Counted from the stretch's first letter, positions 1-11,455 are shown. The stretch is 32,000 nucleotides of DNA from Cereibacter sphaeroides 2.4.1 (GCF_000012905.2 NC_007494.2:720001-752000), one strand, 5' to 3'. The notes: generated by a model from the letters alone, not told the origin. Program-made: numbers and translations.

Positions 1-2838
1 TGGCCGCAAGGCATCTCGGGCGACCTGCCCATCGTGCTCCTGCAGATCGAGGATCTCGAGGACCTGGACAAGGTGGCCCAGCTGCTCGCCGCGCACGAAT
101 ACTGGCGCGCCCGGCAGTTTCCGGTCGATCTGGTGATCCTGAACGACCGGGCCGCGAGTTATGTGCAGGACCTTCAGGGCGCGATCGAGACGGCCGTGCG
201 CTCGTCGCAATCGCGGCCGCGAACGGACGCGGGCGTGGTGGAAGGACGTGGCGGCGTCTTTGCGCTGCGCGCCGACCGGATGACGGCCGAGGCGCGGGCG
301 CTGGTCCTGTCGGTGGCGCGGGTGGTGCTGGTGGCGCGGCGCGGGAACATCGGGCAGCAGATGGAGACCCTCTCCGCGGCCTTGGCGCCGCATCGGCCTG
401 CGGCTTCGATGCCGCCGCAACCCGATCCCGCCCCCGCGCCAGAGGCGCTGGAATTCTTCAACGGCACCGGCGGCTTTGCCGAGGACGGCCGCGAATATGT
501 CACCGTGCTGCGCGAGGGCGCCACGACGCCAGCGCCCTGGCTGAACGTGATCGCCAACCCCTCCTTCGGCTTTCAGGTCTCTGCCGAGGGCAGTGGCCAC
601 AGCTGGGCCGAGAACAGCCGCGAGAACCAGCTCACGCCCTGGAACAACGACCCGGTCTGCGATCCTCCGGGCGAGGCGATCTATCTCTGCGATCGGGATA
701 CGGGCGCGGTCTGGACCCCGACCGCCCTCCCGATCCGTGGACGGGGCACCTATATCGCCCGGCACGGCTTTGGCTACAGTCGCTTTTCGCACAGCGCAGG
801 CGGCATCGAGGCCACGATGGGGCAGTTCGTTCCCATGGCAGATCCGGTGAAGATCACACGACTGCGCCTGACCAACCGGTCGGACCGGGTGCGCCGGCTG
901 TCGGTCACGGCCTATGCAGAATGGGTGCTGGGGCCGCAGCGCGGGGCGACCGCCCCGTACCTGCTCACCGAGATCGCGGACGGAAGCCTGTTTGCCCGCA
1001 ACCCCTGGAGCCCGGCCTTCCCCGACCGGATGGCCTTTGCCGACATCGGACCCGAACCCTCGGGCTGGACCTGCGACCGGGCCTCCTTCCTTGGCCGGGG
1101 CGGCAGCCTTGCCGCGCCTGCGGGCCTTGCCCATCCGCTCTCGGCGCGGAGCGGCGCCGGACTCGATCCCTGTGCGGCGCTGCAACGCGACCTGACCCTC
1201 GGGATCGGCGAAAGGGTCGAGGTGGTGATCCTCCTGGGCCAGACCGCAAGCTCCGAGGCTGCCCGGGCGCTGATCGCGAAGGTTCGCGCTGCCGATCTCG
1301 ATGCGCTGGAGCGAGAGGTCGCGCGGCACTGGGAGGGCCTGCTGACCGCGGTGCGGGTCTCGACCCCCGACCGGGCGATGGACATCCTGCTCAACGGCTG
1401 GCTTCTCTATCAGACCCTAGCCTGCCGCATTTGGGCGCGGGCGGGATTCTATCAGGCCAGCGGGGCCTATGGCTTCCGCGACCAGTTGCAGGATGGCATG
1501 GCGCTGACCTTCTCGCGGCCGGACATGACACGCGCGCACCTCCTGCGCGCGGCCGCCCGCCAGTTTTCCGAGGGCGACGTGCAGCACTGGTGGCTGCCGC
1601 ACTCGGGCCAAGGGGTGCGGACGCGCATTTCCGACGACCGCGTGTGGCTGGGTTATGGCGTGGCGCACTATGTCGCCGTCAGCGGCGACGAGGCCGTGCT
1701 GGACGAGGAGGTGCCGTTCCTCGAAGGGCCGCAGGTCGATCCCGGCGCGCACGATGCCTTCTTCCAGCCGCAGGTGTCGGTGGCGACGGCGAGCCTCTTC
1801 GACCATTGCGCCCGGGGGCTCGATCAGGCCATCGCGCTGACCGGCGCGAATGGAATGCCGCTGATCGGCACCGGCGACTGGAACGACGGGATGAACCGGG
1901 TGGGCGAAGGTGGAAGCGGCACCAGCGTCTGGCTGGGATGGCTCCTGATCGCGACGCTCGACCGGATGGCTCCGCTGGCCGAGGCGCGCGATCCCGCCCG
2001 CGCGGCCCGGTGGCGCGCCCACGCCGAAAGCCTGCGGCAGGCGATCGAGGCCACCGGCTGGGACGGCGCATGGTATCGGCGCGGCACCTTCGACGATGGC
2101 ACGGTCCTCGGCTCAGCCGCCTCCGACGAATGCCGGATCGACAGCATCGCGCAATCCTGGGCGGTGCTCTCGGGCGGGGCCGACCCGGACCGCGCGGCGC
2201 AGGCGATGGCGTCGCTCGAGATGCATCTGATCAGACCCGATCCCGGCCTCGCGCTCCTCTTCACCCCGCCCTTCGACTGCACGCCCCTCGATCCCGGCTA
2301 TATCAAGGGTTACCCGCCCGGCCTGCGTGAGAATGGCGGGCAATACAGCCACGCAGCGATGTGGGCGATCCTCGCCCATGCGACGCTTGGTGACGGCGAC
2401 CGTGCGCAGGCGCTCTTCGCGCTGCTGAACCCGATCAACCATGCTCTGACCCCGGCCGAGGCCGGGCGCTACAAGGTCGAGCCCTATGTCGTGGCTGCCG
2501 ATGTCTATTCCACCCCGCCGCACGAGGGACGCGGCGGCTGGACCTGGTATACCGGTTCTGCGGGCTGGATGTATCGGGCCGGCATCGAGGGCATACTCGG
2601 GCTGAGCCGGTCCGGAGACAGGCTGTTGCTCGCGCCATGCCTGCCGAAGCACTGGCCGCGGATCGAGGCCACGGTCACCCATGGCGCCTCGCGCTACCGG
2701 ATCCGGGTGGAGAATCGCGGCGCCACCGGGCGGATCCTCGGCGCGACGCTCGACGGCCGCCCGCTCGAGATCCTCGGACAGGCGGTCTGCCTGCCGCTGT
2801 CTCCGGGGGACCGGGAAGCAAAGATCGAGTTGGGTTAG
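1..2838 (+). CDS. ndvB: Cyclic beta-1,2-glucan synthase (NdvB/ChvB/Cgs family), C-terminal part with GH94 phosphorylase-like domain; 5' end lies outside the window
   Basis: Frame +1 is open from nt 1 (WPQGISGDLPIV precedes the listed Met at 34). It is a single 2.8-kb ORF. Family-typical blocks are present: HEYWRARQFPVDLVILND, GFRDQLQD, GTGDWNDGMNRVG, RENGGQYSHAAMW, GGWTWYTGSAGWMYR. Assigned by motif recall, no search run. Confidence 0.8.
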   Translation, partial: WPQGISGDLPIVLLQIEDLEDLDKVAQLLAAHEYWRARQFPVDLVILNDRAASYVQDLQGAIETAVRSSQSRPRTDAGVVEGRGGVFALRADRMTAEARALVLSVARVVLVARRGNIGQQMETLSAALAPHRPAASMPPQPDPAPAPEALEFFNGTGGFAEDGREYVTVLREGATTPAPWLNVIANPSFGFQVSAEGSGHSWAENSRENQLTPWNNDPVCDPPGEAIYLCDRDTGAVWTPTALPIRGRGTYIARHGFGYSRFSHSAGGIEATMGQFVPMADPVKITRLRLTNRSDRVRRLSVTAYAEWVLGPQRGATAPYLLTEIADGSLFARNPWSPAFPDRMAFADIGPEPSGWTCDRASFLGRGGSLAAPAGLAHPLSARSGAGLDPCAALQRDLTLGIGERVEVVILLGQTASSEAARALIAKVRAADLDALEREVARHWEGLLTAVRVSTPDRAMDILLNGWLLYQTLACRIWARAGFYQASGAYGFRDQLQDGMALTFSRPDMTRAHLLRAAARQFSEGDVQHWWLPHSGQGVRTRISDDRVWLGYGVAHYVAVSGDEAVLDEEVPFLEGPQVDPGAHDAFFQPQVSVATASLFDHCARGLDQAIALTGANGMPLIGTGDWNDGMNRVGEGGSGTSVWLGWLLIATLDRMAPLAEARDPARAARWRAHAESLRQAIEATGWDGAWYRRGTFDDGTVLGSAASDECRIDSIAQSWAVLSGGADPDRAAQAMASLEMHLIRPDPGLALLFTPPFDCTPLDPGYIKGYPPGLRENGGQYSHAAMWAILAHATLGDGDRAQALFALLNPINHALTPAEAGRYKVEPYVVAADVYSTPPHEGRGGWTWYTGSAGWMYRAGIEGILGLSRSGDRLLLAPCLPKHWPRIEATVTHGASRYRIRVENRGATGRILGATLDGRPLEILGQAVCLPLSPGDREAKIELG

Positions 2839-2954
2839 CCTGGTCGGGATGTGCCGTCAGTTGCCACGGTCAAGACGGTCATGCTGCGCAAGGCGTGCGT
2901 ACGCGCGCAACCGCCGCCAGCATCCCGACCGACGCGCCGCCCTGCGCGCCACGC

Positions 2955-3305
2955 TCATCGGTGGACGGCCGTCTGCTGATGCGCCAGCCGGCGCCATGTG
3001 CCCGCATCGTTCAGCCAGGTCGAGGCGCAGAGCGCCTCGTGTATCGCGACATCCGGCTTTTCCGCCAGCACCCGATAGGCCAGCACGGCGACATTCCCCT
3101 GCCGGGCGATGGTCCGGTCGCTCATCTCCACCGCGCGCCAGCCGGAATTCACCGACGGGTGCGACAACAGTCCGTCGCCCTGCAGGATGCCGTCAGGATA
3201 GGGCAGTATCATGATCGCCCCCGAGGCCATGGCGGTGCGGGCGCTGTCACGACCGCTGGTCCAAAGGTTCTCCTCAAGGCGCCAGAGGGTGTCATCGTGA
3301 GTCAC
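2955..3305 (-). CDS. NTF2-like / SnoaL-DUF4440-like small protein
   Basis: 116-aa ORF with a GTG start at 3303-3305 and AGGAGG about 9 nt upstream (reverse complement of 3315-3321). The pattern (TLWRLEENLW ... W..VEM ... VAVLAYRV.A ... CASTW ... WRRLAHQQT) is typical of DUF4440/NTF2-fold proteins. Confidence 0.65.
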   Translation of the reverse strand: MTHDDTLWRLEENLWTSGRDSARTAMASGAIMILPYPDGILQGDGLLSHPSVNSGWRAVEMSDRTIARQGNVAVLAYRVLAEKPDVAIHEALCASTWLNDAGTWRRLAHQQTAVHR

Positions 3306-3678
3306 GGGCAGGTACCTCCTTCAGACATGTCCTGGTGTCGGATCCGGATCTGCCTTCCGCACCACATCATTTTAAGCAGCGGCGCCAACTGCGTTGGCGT
3401 GCCGAGACCAACGATGCCGGAGATTGCTCGTCAGCCGCCGTTTCATGTCGTCGCGCTGCGACAGGCGTTTGAACCCGGCGTCAAAGCGCGCGGCGTGGCC
3501 AGCTTCCGTGGGCGTCATCATGGCACGACTAGACGTTCCAAGACTGTCGGAAGGAAGAAGTGATCATAGGTCACAGCACAGTCCTCCTTTCGACGGCTGC
3601 CGCCTGAAATGTCCCGCGGACAAGTACCGCTTCCGCCGACACGCCCGAGCCATTCTAGCGCGCCAGAGTGGTCCCGAG

Positions 3679-3825
3679 TTACCTCTTGACGCCGGGGCTC
3701 TTCTTGCCCGCGATGGTCAGCGGCGTCTCTCCCTTGGTGTAGCTTGCCGTTTCCACCACCTTTTCCTTGATTTTCTTGGGCTTCTTAGCTTCGCGATTGC
3801 CGCGTGTCTTGTCGCCTTTGGACAT
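3679..3825 (-). CDS. Small lysine-rich hypothetical protein (48 aa)
   Basis: Internal ATG at 3823-3825 gives MSKGDKTRGNREAKKPKKIKEKVVETASYTKGETPLTIAGKKSPGVKR. The upstream part of the listed 77-aa ORF looks non-coding. No recognisable family. Confidence 0.45.
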   Translation of the reverse strand: MSKGDKTRGNREAKKPKKIKEKVVETASYTKGETPLTIAGKKSPGVKR

Positions 3826-3947
3826 CGTGCTTTTCCTTCGGATTATGTCTTGGTGGGACTGTAACGCGATTCTGGCGATCAGTTCGGGGAGGAGCGGATT
3901 GCCTGAGTGCAAATGCAGACATCAGGGATCGACGCAGCGGGCGAACC

Positions 3948-5917
<1,970 letters not shown>

Positions 5918-6338
5918 GGAAGACAGGAGGACCCCGCGCGGTCCGACAGGAGCCCGTAGCCGTTTCTTCGCGCATGGTTAGCTCCCGAGCCTCCCTGACA
6001 AGGACAGCAGCCGGGTCGCGCGCACACTCACTCCTGACAGAAAGCTCGCCATGCGGGGCTGATCCAAAGCAGTCTCGGAGGCCATTTTCGATCTGGGCTC
6101 GCCACATCGGGCGAGCGGGGCAGGAGCCAGCAGATCCGCCGTCGGCGCGCACAAGCCCGAGGTGGGGCGCAAAGCTGATCCAGGCGAAGACATCCCGTCG
6201 CCCGACAGTCAAATGCTCTGCTTGCTGCGCCCACCGGCGCCTGTCTTGCCGGGAGATGATAACCCCGGAATATCGACGACCCAATGATGCGACACCTTCG
6301 GACTGAGCGCGGGAGGAAGGTCGGCGCCGGAGAAGGGT

Positions 6339-6743
6339 TCAGGTGGCTGACCCCCACCACCCGCCGAGTATCATCAGTACCAGGATGACGATGGCCCCGA
6401 GGATCACCCAGAATGCACCAGAAGAAACGGGACCGGCCTTCACGATGGTACCTGCTCCTTCGGGAAGGAGACGGGTCAGCTCCCAACCGAGTGCGCCATG
6501 GTCCTGCCCCGGTGCCGTTCCATGGAGACCGCGACCGAGCAACAGGCCAAGGCGGGTGGCAGCTCTCTCCCGGCTCAGGTTGGCAAGGTCTGCCGCCTCC
6601 ACCCACGGATCTAGATTCAGACGCGCCAACGCTGACAGAACTGTCACCGCCCCGCCTCCCTGATCCTTGCCAACGGAGGCGTAGAGGAAGCGCTCGAACT
6701 CAGGTGGGTTCGGGTTGAGAATATATGTTTTTGTCATCGACAT
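6339..6743 (-). CDS. Hypothetical protein with C-terminal transmembrane anchor
   Basis: AAGGAG lies just upstream of ATG 6741-6743 (second ATG at 6735-6737). Product: MSMTKTYILNPNPPEFERFLYASVG... ending in the hydrophobic helix AFWVILGAIVILVLMILGGWW. The upstream 47 codons of the listed ORF are probably not translated. Confidence 0.55.
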   Translation of the reverse strand: MSMTKTYILNPNPPEFERFLYASVGKDQGGGAVTVLSALARLNLDPWVEAADLANLSRERAATRLGLLLGRGLHGTAPGQDHGALGWELTRLLPEGAGTIVKAGPVSSGAFWVILGAIVILVLMILGGWWGSAT

Positions 6744-7353
6744 CCGGCTCCTTGACCAAGGCTGTGTCTCTCGCTGCGACTTTCCGGAAACGGTCGGTTC
6801 GACAGTGAGGTCGGTCAATGACCTGCCTGATGTCTCCGACATCGCGTGCATACCGTGCCTGGCGCGCTTATCCAGTTCAGTCAAACCGCCTGTTTCCCGG
6901 GCTAGAGGCGCCAGAGTGGGGGCCGCGCGCCGACCCGACGCTAATCTGCATCAGGGGCCCACCAGCTCTTTCCGAGGTAAGAGATCATAAGGGGCCTGAT
7001 GTGACACGGCTCGGAAGCCGCTGGAGATCGTAGAAGCGACCGTGGCGGAGGTCTGCGATGAACAGGCGATCAGCGCCGTCTGTGGTGAGATTTGGCAGTC
7101 CATCTCCCGTGCCGGGACTTACCGACGAAGTGCCTCCGGGGAGTGACAAGATCTTGGTGGAGGACGAGCTTCTTCACGGGTTCAGTTTCGAGGTCTGGAG
7201 GCGGACGGCGACCCACCTGACAGGGACCACCAGGTCGGACGAACCGAGATGCACATCCATGGCCGTGCGCGATCCTGAGGCGGCGCCGAGCCGGGATAAG
7301 GCACCGCGTGAGGATGACAGCGAGGCGGCGCTTTCTCCGCCGGAGGACTTGAA

Positions 7354-7428
7354 ATGAACTCTCCCGAATGGCTCAAGCCCGGCATCTACGGGGCCTTGAT
7401 CGGCGCGGTTCTCCTCGGCCTGGCATCT
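7354..7428 (+). pseudogene. N-terminal fragment (about 24 codons) of a small membrane-protein gene; the rest appears inverted at 9544-9259
   Basis: GGAGGA lies 6 nt before ATG 7354. MNSPEWLKPGIYGALIGAVLLGLA is the start of a TM helix, after which the frame turns into Arg-rich junk (SRPRDIHRTCGERM...). The matching continuation is found on the opposite strand at 9544. Confidence 0.4.
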
Positions 7429-7574
7429 CGGCCGCGGGACATCCACCGCACATGCGGCGAACGGATGCAGATCAAAGCAGGCTCGCGGCATCGCGGCAGA
7501 CCAGCGAGCGTCAGGACGGGGCAGCGTCGAGCTGTTCGCCCTCCTCGCTCCCGACAAAGCGTGGGGCGGTCGGA

Positions 7575-8306
7575 TCATTTCAGCAGCGGTCCTGCATGAT
7601 CCAGATAGGCAAGGTCAAAGTCGGCGAGTGCGACCAGACCGGCAAGGTCATGGAATTCCACCTGCCCTTTCTGGAAGCTCACCAAGCCCGCCTCGCGCAA
7701 CTCGCGCAGGACGCGGTTGATGTGGACAGCGGTCAGCCCCAGCGCATCCGCAAGCAGATACTGCGAGAGCGGGCAGGCATAACCGTCCGCCGTCCCCATC
7801 CCCACGAGCGTCAGGCGTGCACCGAGTTCCAGAAGGAAATGCGCCGTGCGCTCCTGCGCGTTCCGGCGCCCGAGGCTGACCAGATGTTCGACCACCATTG
7901 CTTCGTCGCGCGAAGCGGCCCACAGGATGGCGGTGGCCAGCCGCGGGGAGTGGGCGAAGCCGTCAAGAAGGTCGGCGATCAAGACCTCGGAGGCTTCCAC
8001 CCGCGTTACCGGCTCGATGTTGTGATCGGCGGTGCGGAACAGGAGCGACCGCAGCCCGAGAAAATCCCCTGGCACCTGAAAATCCACGATCTGCCGGCCG
8101 CCCCCTGCCAAGGTCTTGTAGGAGCAGACCCAGCCCGAGGCGAGCACATAGGCCGAGCGCTTGACTTGTCCCTCGTGAACAATGTCGCGCCCCCTCGGGA
8201 AACTGCGGCGGCGGCCGTGCATCCTGCCGAGAAGCTCCAGCTCGGTCTCGGACAATGCGACGAAGGCATTCAGCTTTCGCACAAGTGGAGTGTCATGGCC
8301 CCGCAT
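7575..8306 (-). CDS. Crp/Fnr-family transcriptional regulator
   Basis: 243 aa. N-terminal cyclic-nucleotide-binding-like fold (FPRGRDIVHEGQ...YVLASGWV) and a C-terminal HTH (LSQYLLADALGLTAVHINRVLRELREAGLV). Confidence 0.9.
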   Translation of the reverse strand: MRGHDTPLVRKLNAFVALSETELELLGRMHGRRRSFPRGRDIVHEGQVKRSAYVLASGWVCSYKTLAGGGRQIVDFQVPGDFLGLRSLLFRTADHNIEPVTRVEASEVLIADLLDGFAHSPRLATAILWAASRDEAMVVEHLVSLGRRNAQERTAHFLLELGARLTLVGMGTADGYACPLSQYLLADALGLTAVHINRVLRELREAGLVSFQKGQVEFHDLAGLVALADFDLAYLDHAGPLLK

Positions 8307-8483
8307 CAGCGCCCCTCGTCCTTGGCAGGCTCCGGACGAAAGCCGGCCATCATGATAAATTAACCAGCAGTGAATCCCGGATGCTGCTCTGGATCAGCAT
8401 CGTCGTTGGCAAAACTGTGAATATGGCCCGTGTCCACTCGCCGAGGCAGTTTCCGCCCGGAGAAGACACCCGGAAGGGTCTTC

Positions 8484-8723
8484 ATGTCCAGAACTCCTAC
8501 AGATGTCGCCGGAACGGCAGCCCTGGCGATCTGCGAGTCGCTGCTTCTGGCGCTGAACGATCGGAACGTGCTGCCCGAGAGTGAAATCGTGGGCATCCTT
8601 CAGGACGCCGCTGCCGCCCACGCGAACGATCCGGGAGTGGACGGCAAGGCCGAGCTTCACGCGGCCGTCGCCGCACTGATCAACAGCATCCTTGCCGGTG
8701 GCAATTCGGTCCGCCGCAGATAG
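8484..8723 (+). CDS. Hypothetical small protein (79 aa)
   Basis: ATG 8484 is preceded by GGAAGGG. Product MSRTPTDVAGTAALAICESLLLALNDRNVLPESEIVGILQDAAAAHAND... has protein-like composition, unlike the overlapping antisense ORFs. Confidence 0.45.
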   Translation: MSRTPTDVAGTAALAICESLLLALNDRNVLPESEIVGILQDAAAAHANDPGVDGKAELHAAVAALINSILAGGNSVRRR

Positions 8724-9258
8724 CCGGCACGGATGCAGGCTGCCCATTGCCATTTGACCAAGACATTTAAAAAGCAAGCGTGTTGAACGGCAGGGCTGGC
8801 GCATCGTCACGATGGGCCAGCCCTTTTCCTGCGACATCTCTCGGGGCCATCATCCGCCCAGAGCACACCATCTTTGGCCTGCCGGAAGATATCAGGTTCA
8901 GGGCCATGGCGGACAATCGCTTGCGCGCATTCTGCGTGCCGTGCGGATGGGAGGATCGCCTCGGCGGAAAGCTCTCGGGCGGGCGCTTCAATCGATCCCA
9001 CCCACTCCTCGGACTGAGGCGGTCCGTTTCGATCCTGCATTTGCGGGACAAACGTCAGCCGTGCCCGCAACGCCATCCGGACTGTTGCAGCCATCCGCTT
9101 GCTGCTCCGGAGGCATTGCCGAAGTCGCCATGATCGCGCAACTTCTCGGCTCGGAACGGACCCTTACGCGGCCGGGCATAGGCTGAGACCATTTCACCCC
9201 CCGGTCCACGATCAGTCGATACCACTCCATGACCAAGTTCGGGACCTCCCGCAGTCCC

Positions 9259-9544
9259 TCAGAGTTCGATGTCCGAGAGGCAGGCCTGCGCGATATCCCG
9301 GTCAGGGCCATCGGTGCCCGGCATGGTCGCCCAACCCGCCCCATGAGCACGTCACGTCGCTCATAGGTCGAGGCGGCCTGGATCTTCGCCAGCTTGTCCG
9401 CCCGCACCGGGTCGGAGCGCGCCATATCAAGGCGGACGGGCACCATGGACGCGACGACAGTCTTGCGAAACATCGCCACCGCCCGTTCGTGCGACGTTCC
9501 GCCGGTCATCCAGCCGCCCCAGGTGAAGCCGACGACGCCGGATG
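9259..9544 (-). pseudogene. C-terminal part of the split membrane-protein gene (see 7354-7428), additionally frameshifted
   Basis: The minus strand reads SSGVVGFTWGGWMTGGTSHERAVAMFRKTVVASMVPVRLDMARSDPVRADKLAKIQAASTYERRDVLMG. A 1-nt slip in a G-run (about 9337-9343) then leads to GWATMPGTDGPDRDIAQACLSDIEL-stop (9259-9261). It has no N-terminus or convincing start of its own. Confidence 0.4.
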
Positions 9545-9716
9545 AATGCCCGCCGTTCCCCAACGCGAGGTGACGCCCTGACGCCGCGCGAATGTGTGCG
9601 GCCCAAGTGCACGTTCCCCTCCCGTGTGGGGATGAACCGACTTGTCGCCATCCCAGCGTTCGCTACGAGAATGCGAAGGCAAATGGCGAGTGGTGCGCAC
9701 TGAATTCCCCGCGTTG

Positions 9717-10194
9717 CCTGTTCGGATATCCCCGGCAGGAGTCTGTCGCGACCTTCTACGGCGTGGCGGGCGGTCCGGACTGCACCGCCGGGATCGCCGA
9801 ACTGCCGATCCCGTTCCGCTTGGCCTAGGATCTCGACACGAGCATCACGAGCTTCCGCTGCCACAGGCTGGTGGCGGCACCGATGACGCGGATCTTCCGG
9901 GAGGCGGTCGCCCACTACGGCGCCGTCCAGTTCGAGCGGCTGCGGCTGAACCTCTTCGGCGGCTGCTTCAACCACCGGCCCATGCGAGGCGGCTCGGCTC
10001 TCTCGATGCATGCCTGGGGGATCGCGGTCGACCTCGACCCCGAGCGCAACCCGCTCCGCTGGGGCCGCGACCGGGCGAGCTTCGCCGCGCCTGCCTACGA
10101 GCCCTTCTGGACCATCGTCGAAGCCGCCGGCGCCACCAGCCTCGGCCGCGCCTGCAACCGCGACTGGATGCATTTCCAGTTCGCCCGTCTTTGA
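9717..10194 (+). pseudogene. Remnant of phage M15-peptidase endolysin: 5'-truncated, with an in-frame TAG
   Basis: Nucleotide-level paralogue of the 3' two-thirds of the endolysin at 25250-26059. Homology starts abruptly at about 9717. Trp codon TGG (copy 2, ...LAWDL...) is TAG at 9826-9828. Downstream, SMHAWGIAVD and DWMHFQF are still readable. Confidence 0.85.
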
Positions 10195-10203
10195 AAGAGG
10201 AGA

Positions 10204-10717
10204 ATGCCAATGCCCTCGATGATCCACATCATCGCGCCGCCGGCGCCCCCCGCCTTCGTCCTGATGCTCGCCCTCTTGCGCGCTCGCCTTCACGCTGCTC
10301 GTCGGCATGTCGCTGGTCGCCACTCTGGCGCGCATGGCGGTCTCGGCCTTGATTGTCGCCATGCTCGCGTTGCCTGCCGCCGCCGCGACCGGCAGCGATC
10401 TCCTGACCGCGCTGACACCCAGCCTCCTCAATCTCGCGGGCGTTGTGCTGACCGCGCCGATCGGTCTCGTCGCCGTGCGCATACAACGCTGGGCCGGGAT
10501 CCAGATCGAGGCCCGGCATCGTGAGGCGCTGCATTCCGCAATCATGACCGCCGCCCGGTTGGCGGTGGCGCGGGACCTGACCCGCGAGGTCGCGATTGAG
10601 TTTGTCGCTGCCTATGCCCGCGCTTCAGTGCCCGATGCCCTGAAGCGCCTGTCGCCCTCGGCCGAAGCGCTCGACGCACTTATACGGTCGAAGCTGCTCC
10701 AAGTAACCGAGCATTAA
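10204..10717 (+). pseudogene. Paralogue of the lysis-module membrane protein (26072-26578) with a 1-nt frameshift; an N-terminally shortened product from ATG 10307 is possible
   Basis: It starts MPMPSMIHIIAPPAPPAFVLMLAL, then ctcttgcgcg (about 10274-10280) versus ctctgcgcg in copy 2 shifts the frame. The rest (10307-10717) aligns with copy 2 (TGSDLLTALTPSLL.LAGV.LTA.IG...IQIEARHREALHSAIMTAAR). Confidence 0.65.
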
Positions 10718-10732
10718 GCGTCCCGCCCGCCG

Positions 10733-10757
10733 GGGGCGCGGCACCCGGCCGCGCCCC
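10733..10757 (+). terminator. GC-rich hairpin after the remnant lysis module (no U-tract)
   Basis: GGGGCGCGGC (10733-10742), loop acccg, GCCGCGCCCC (10748-10757). A perfect 10-bp stem, followed by tatgacc. Confidence 0.35.
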
Positions 10758-10791
10758 TATGACCGCAATGCGCAGACAGCGATCTTCGCGC

Positions 10792-11064
10792 CTAGAGCGA
10801 ATCCGCGAGCGCCTCCAGCTTGCCGCCGCTGCTCGCTTCCGTCCTGACGCAGTGCTTCAGGCGTTGCCCCAGCTCGGGCTCCTGAACACTTGCCCTCACC
10901 TCAGTCAGGGAGGCGTCGCGGGCAAGCTCTCGCTGTGCCGTGATCAGAGCCCGGCGCATCCCCACATCATGCGTGTTGAAGCGCTCAAGAATCCGCGTCC
11001 CGCGTTCATTGATCTCGCGCAGCACTACGCCGGTCCTCGTTACGTCAAGCGACAAGAATCCCAT
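10792..11064 (-). CDS. Hypothetical protein (90 aa)
   Basis: ATG 11062-11064 with GAGGAG about 7 nt upstream on the minus strand. Reasonable composition (MGFLSLDVTRTGVVLREINERGTRILERFNTHDVG...). Confidence 0.5.
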   Translation of the reverse strand: MGFLSLDVTRTGVVLREINERGTRILERFNTHDVGMRRALITAQRELARDASLTEVRASVQEPELGQRLKHCVRTEASSGGKLEALADSL

Positions 11065-11455
11065 GTCAAACTCCTCTCTCAGAAGGCGTTAATGCGTTAA
11101 ATGCAGGGATGTTCCGGCAAATTGCGCAGGGCGGCCCGTCAGGAATTATGCCAGCGGCGGGCGCGCCGGAGCTACGTAGCGCCTACAGAGCCGCCGCTCG
11201 GGAGTTTCAACATGGCAAGGTCGGTCGCGCCGAGGTTTCGGCGCCCGAGTGGCGCTGGGCCGCCTGCCATGCGCAGGAGCAGCCGTAGCGCATGGGAAGG
11301 AGCGCTTGGCACAGCCTGTTCAGCTCAGCCCATAGCCGCCGCTCGATCCCGCCTGAGGCGGGGTCGCGGCCTTTAAGAGCTGGTTCTCAGGCGCTAATCA
11401 CCGGCGATGTGCCATTCAGACGTGATCTGACGGCGCACCTCATCAGTGATCGGGA

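Larger units (their letters stand above)
9717..10770. repeat. Direct repeat copy 1 (about 1.05 kb), decayed lysis cassette; partner at 25592-26633
   Basis: Read by eye. There are long identical runs (e.g. ctgcggctgaacctcttcggcggctgcttcaaccaccggcccatgcg in both copies) with scattered substitutions. Homology runs from tatcc(c/g)cggcaggagtc to cccct(a/g)t(g/a)accgcaatg. Confidence 0.9.

Noticed and set aside
921-2330. Long alternative-frame and antisense ORFs inside real genes, for example 921-2330, 1417-2022, 9427-10545, 16378-17646, 19260-21074, 20045-20917, 21618-22739 and 24299-26395.
   Set aside because: Their translations are dominated by Arg/Pro/Gly/Ala runs with no motifs. They overlap ORFs that have clear family signatures. 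Such shadow ORFs are expected at about 67% GC.
3372-3521. 49-aa minus-strand ORF (MMTPTEAGHAARFDAGFKRLSQRDDMKRRL...) in the gap between the NTF2-like gene and the small basic protein.
   Set aside because: No Shine-Dalgarno sequence, no motif, and below the ORF-track threshold. Insufficient support.
5978-5986. Possible CIRCE heat-shock operator upstream of the groES remnant (TTAGCTCCC).
   Set aside because: Only one arm resembles the TTAGCACTC-N9-GAGTGCTAA consensus, at about 7/9 positions. The partner arm is absent, so it is not called as a regulatory site.
7058-7357. 99-aa ORF upstream of the split membrane-protein gene.
   Set aside because: Pro/Ser/Arg/Glu-rich and low-complexity, with no Shine-Dalgarno sequence and no recognisable domain. 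Probably non-coding.
8307-8420. Looked for an FNR/CRP box (TTGAT-N4-ATCAA) upstream of the Crp/Fnr gene and elsewhere.
   Set aside because: Only partial half-sites are present (for example atGATaaatTAACC at about 8352-8365). Nothing is close enough to consensus to report.
8767-9258. Several overlapping 90-125-aa ORFs on both strands (8780-9133, 8807-9094, 8812-9186, 8767-9051).
   Set aside because: No frame stands out. 8807-9094 (-) has the least junk-like composition (MQDRNGPPQSEEWVGSIEAPARELSAEAIL...), but it has no motif and no clear Shine-Dalgarno sequence. It may be relic sequence of the older prophage or of the inverted segment.
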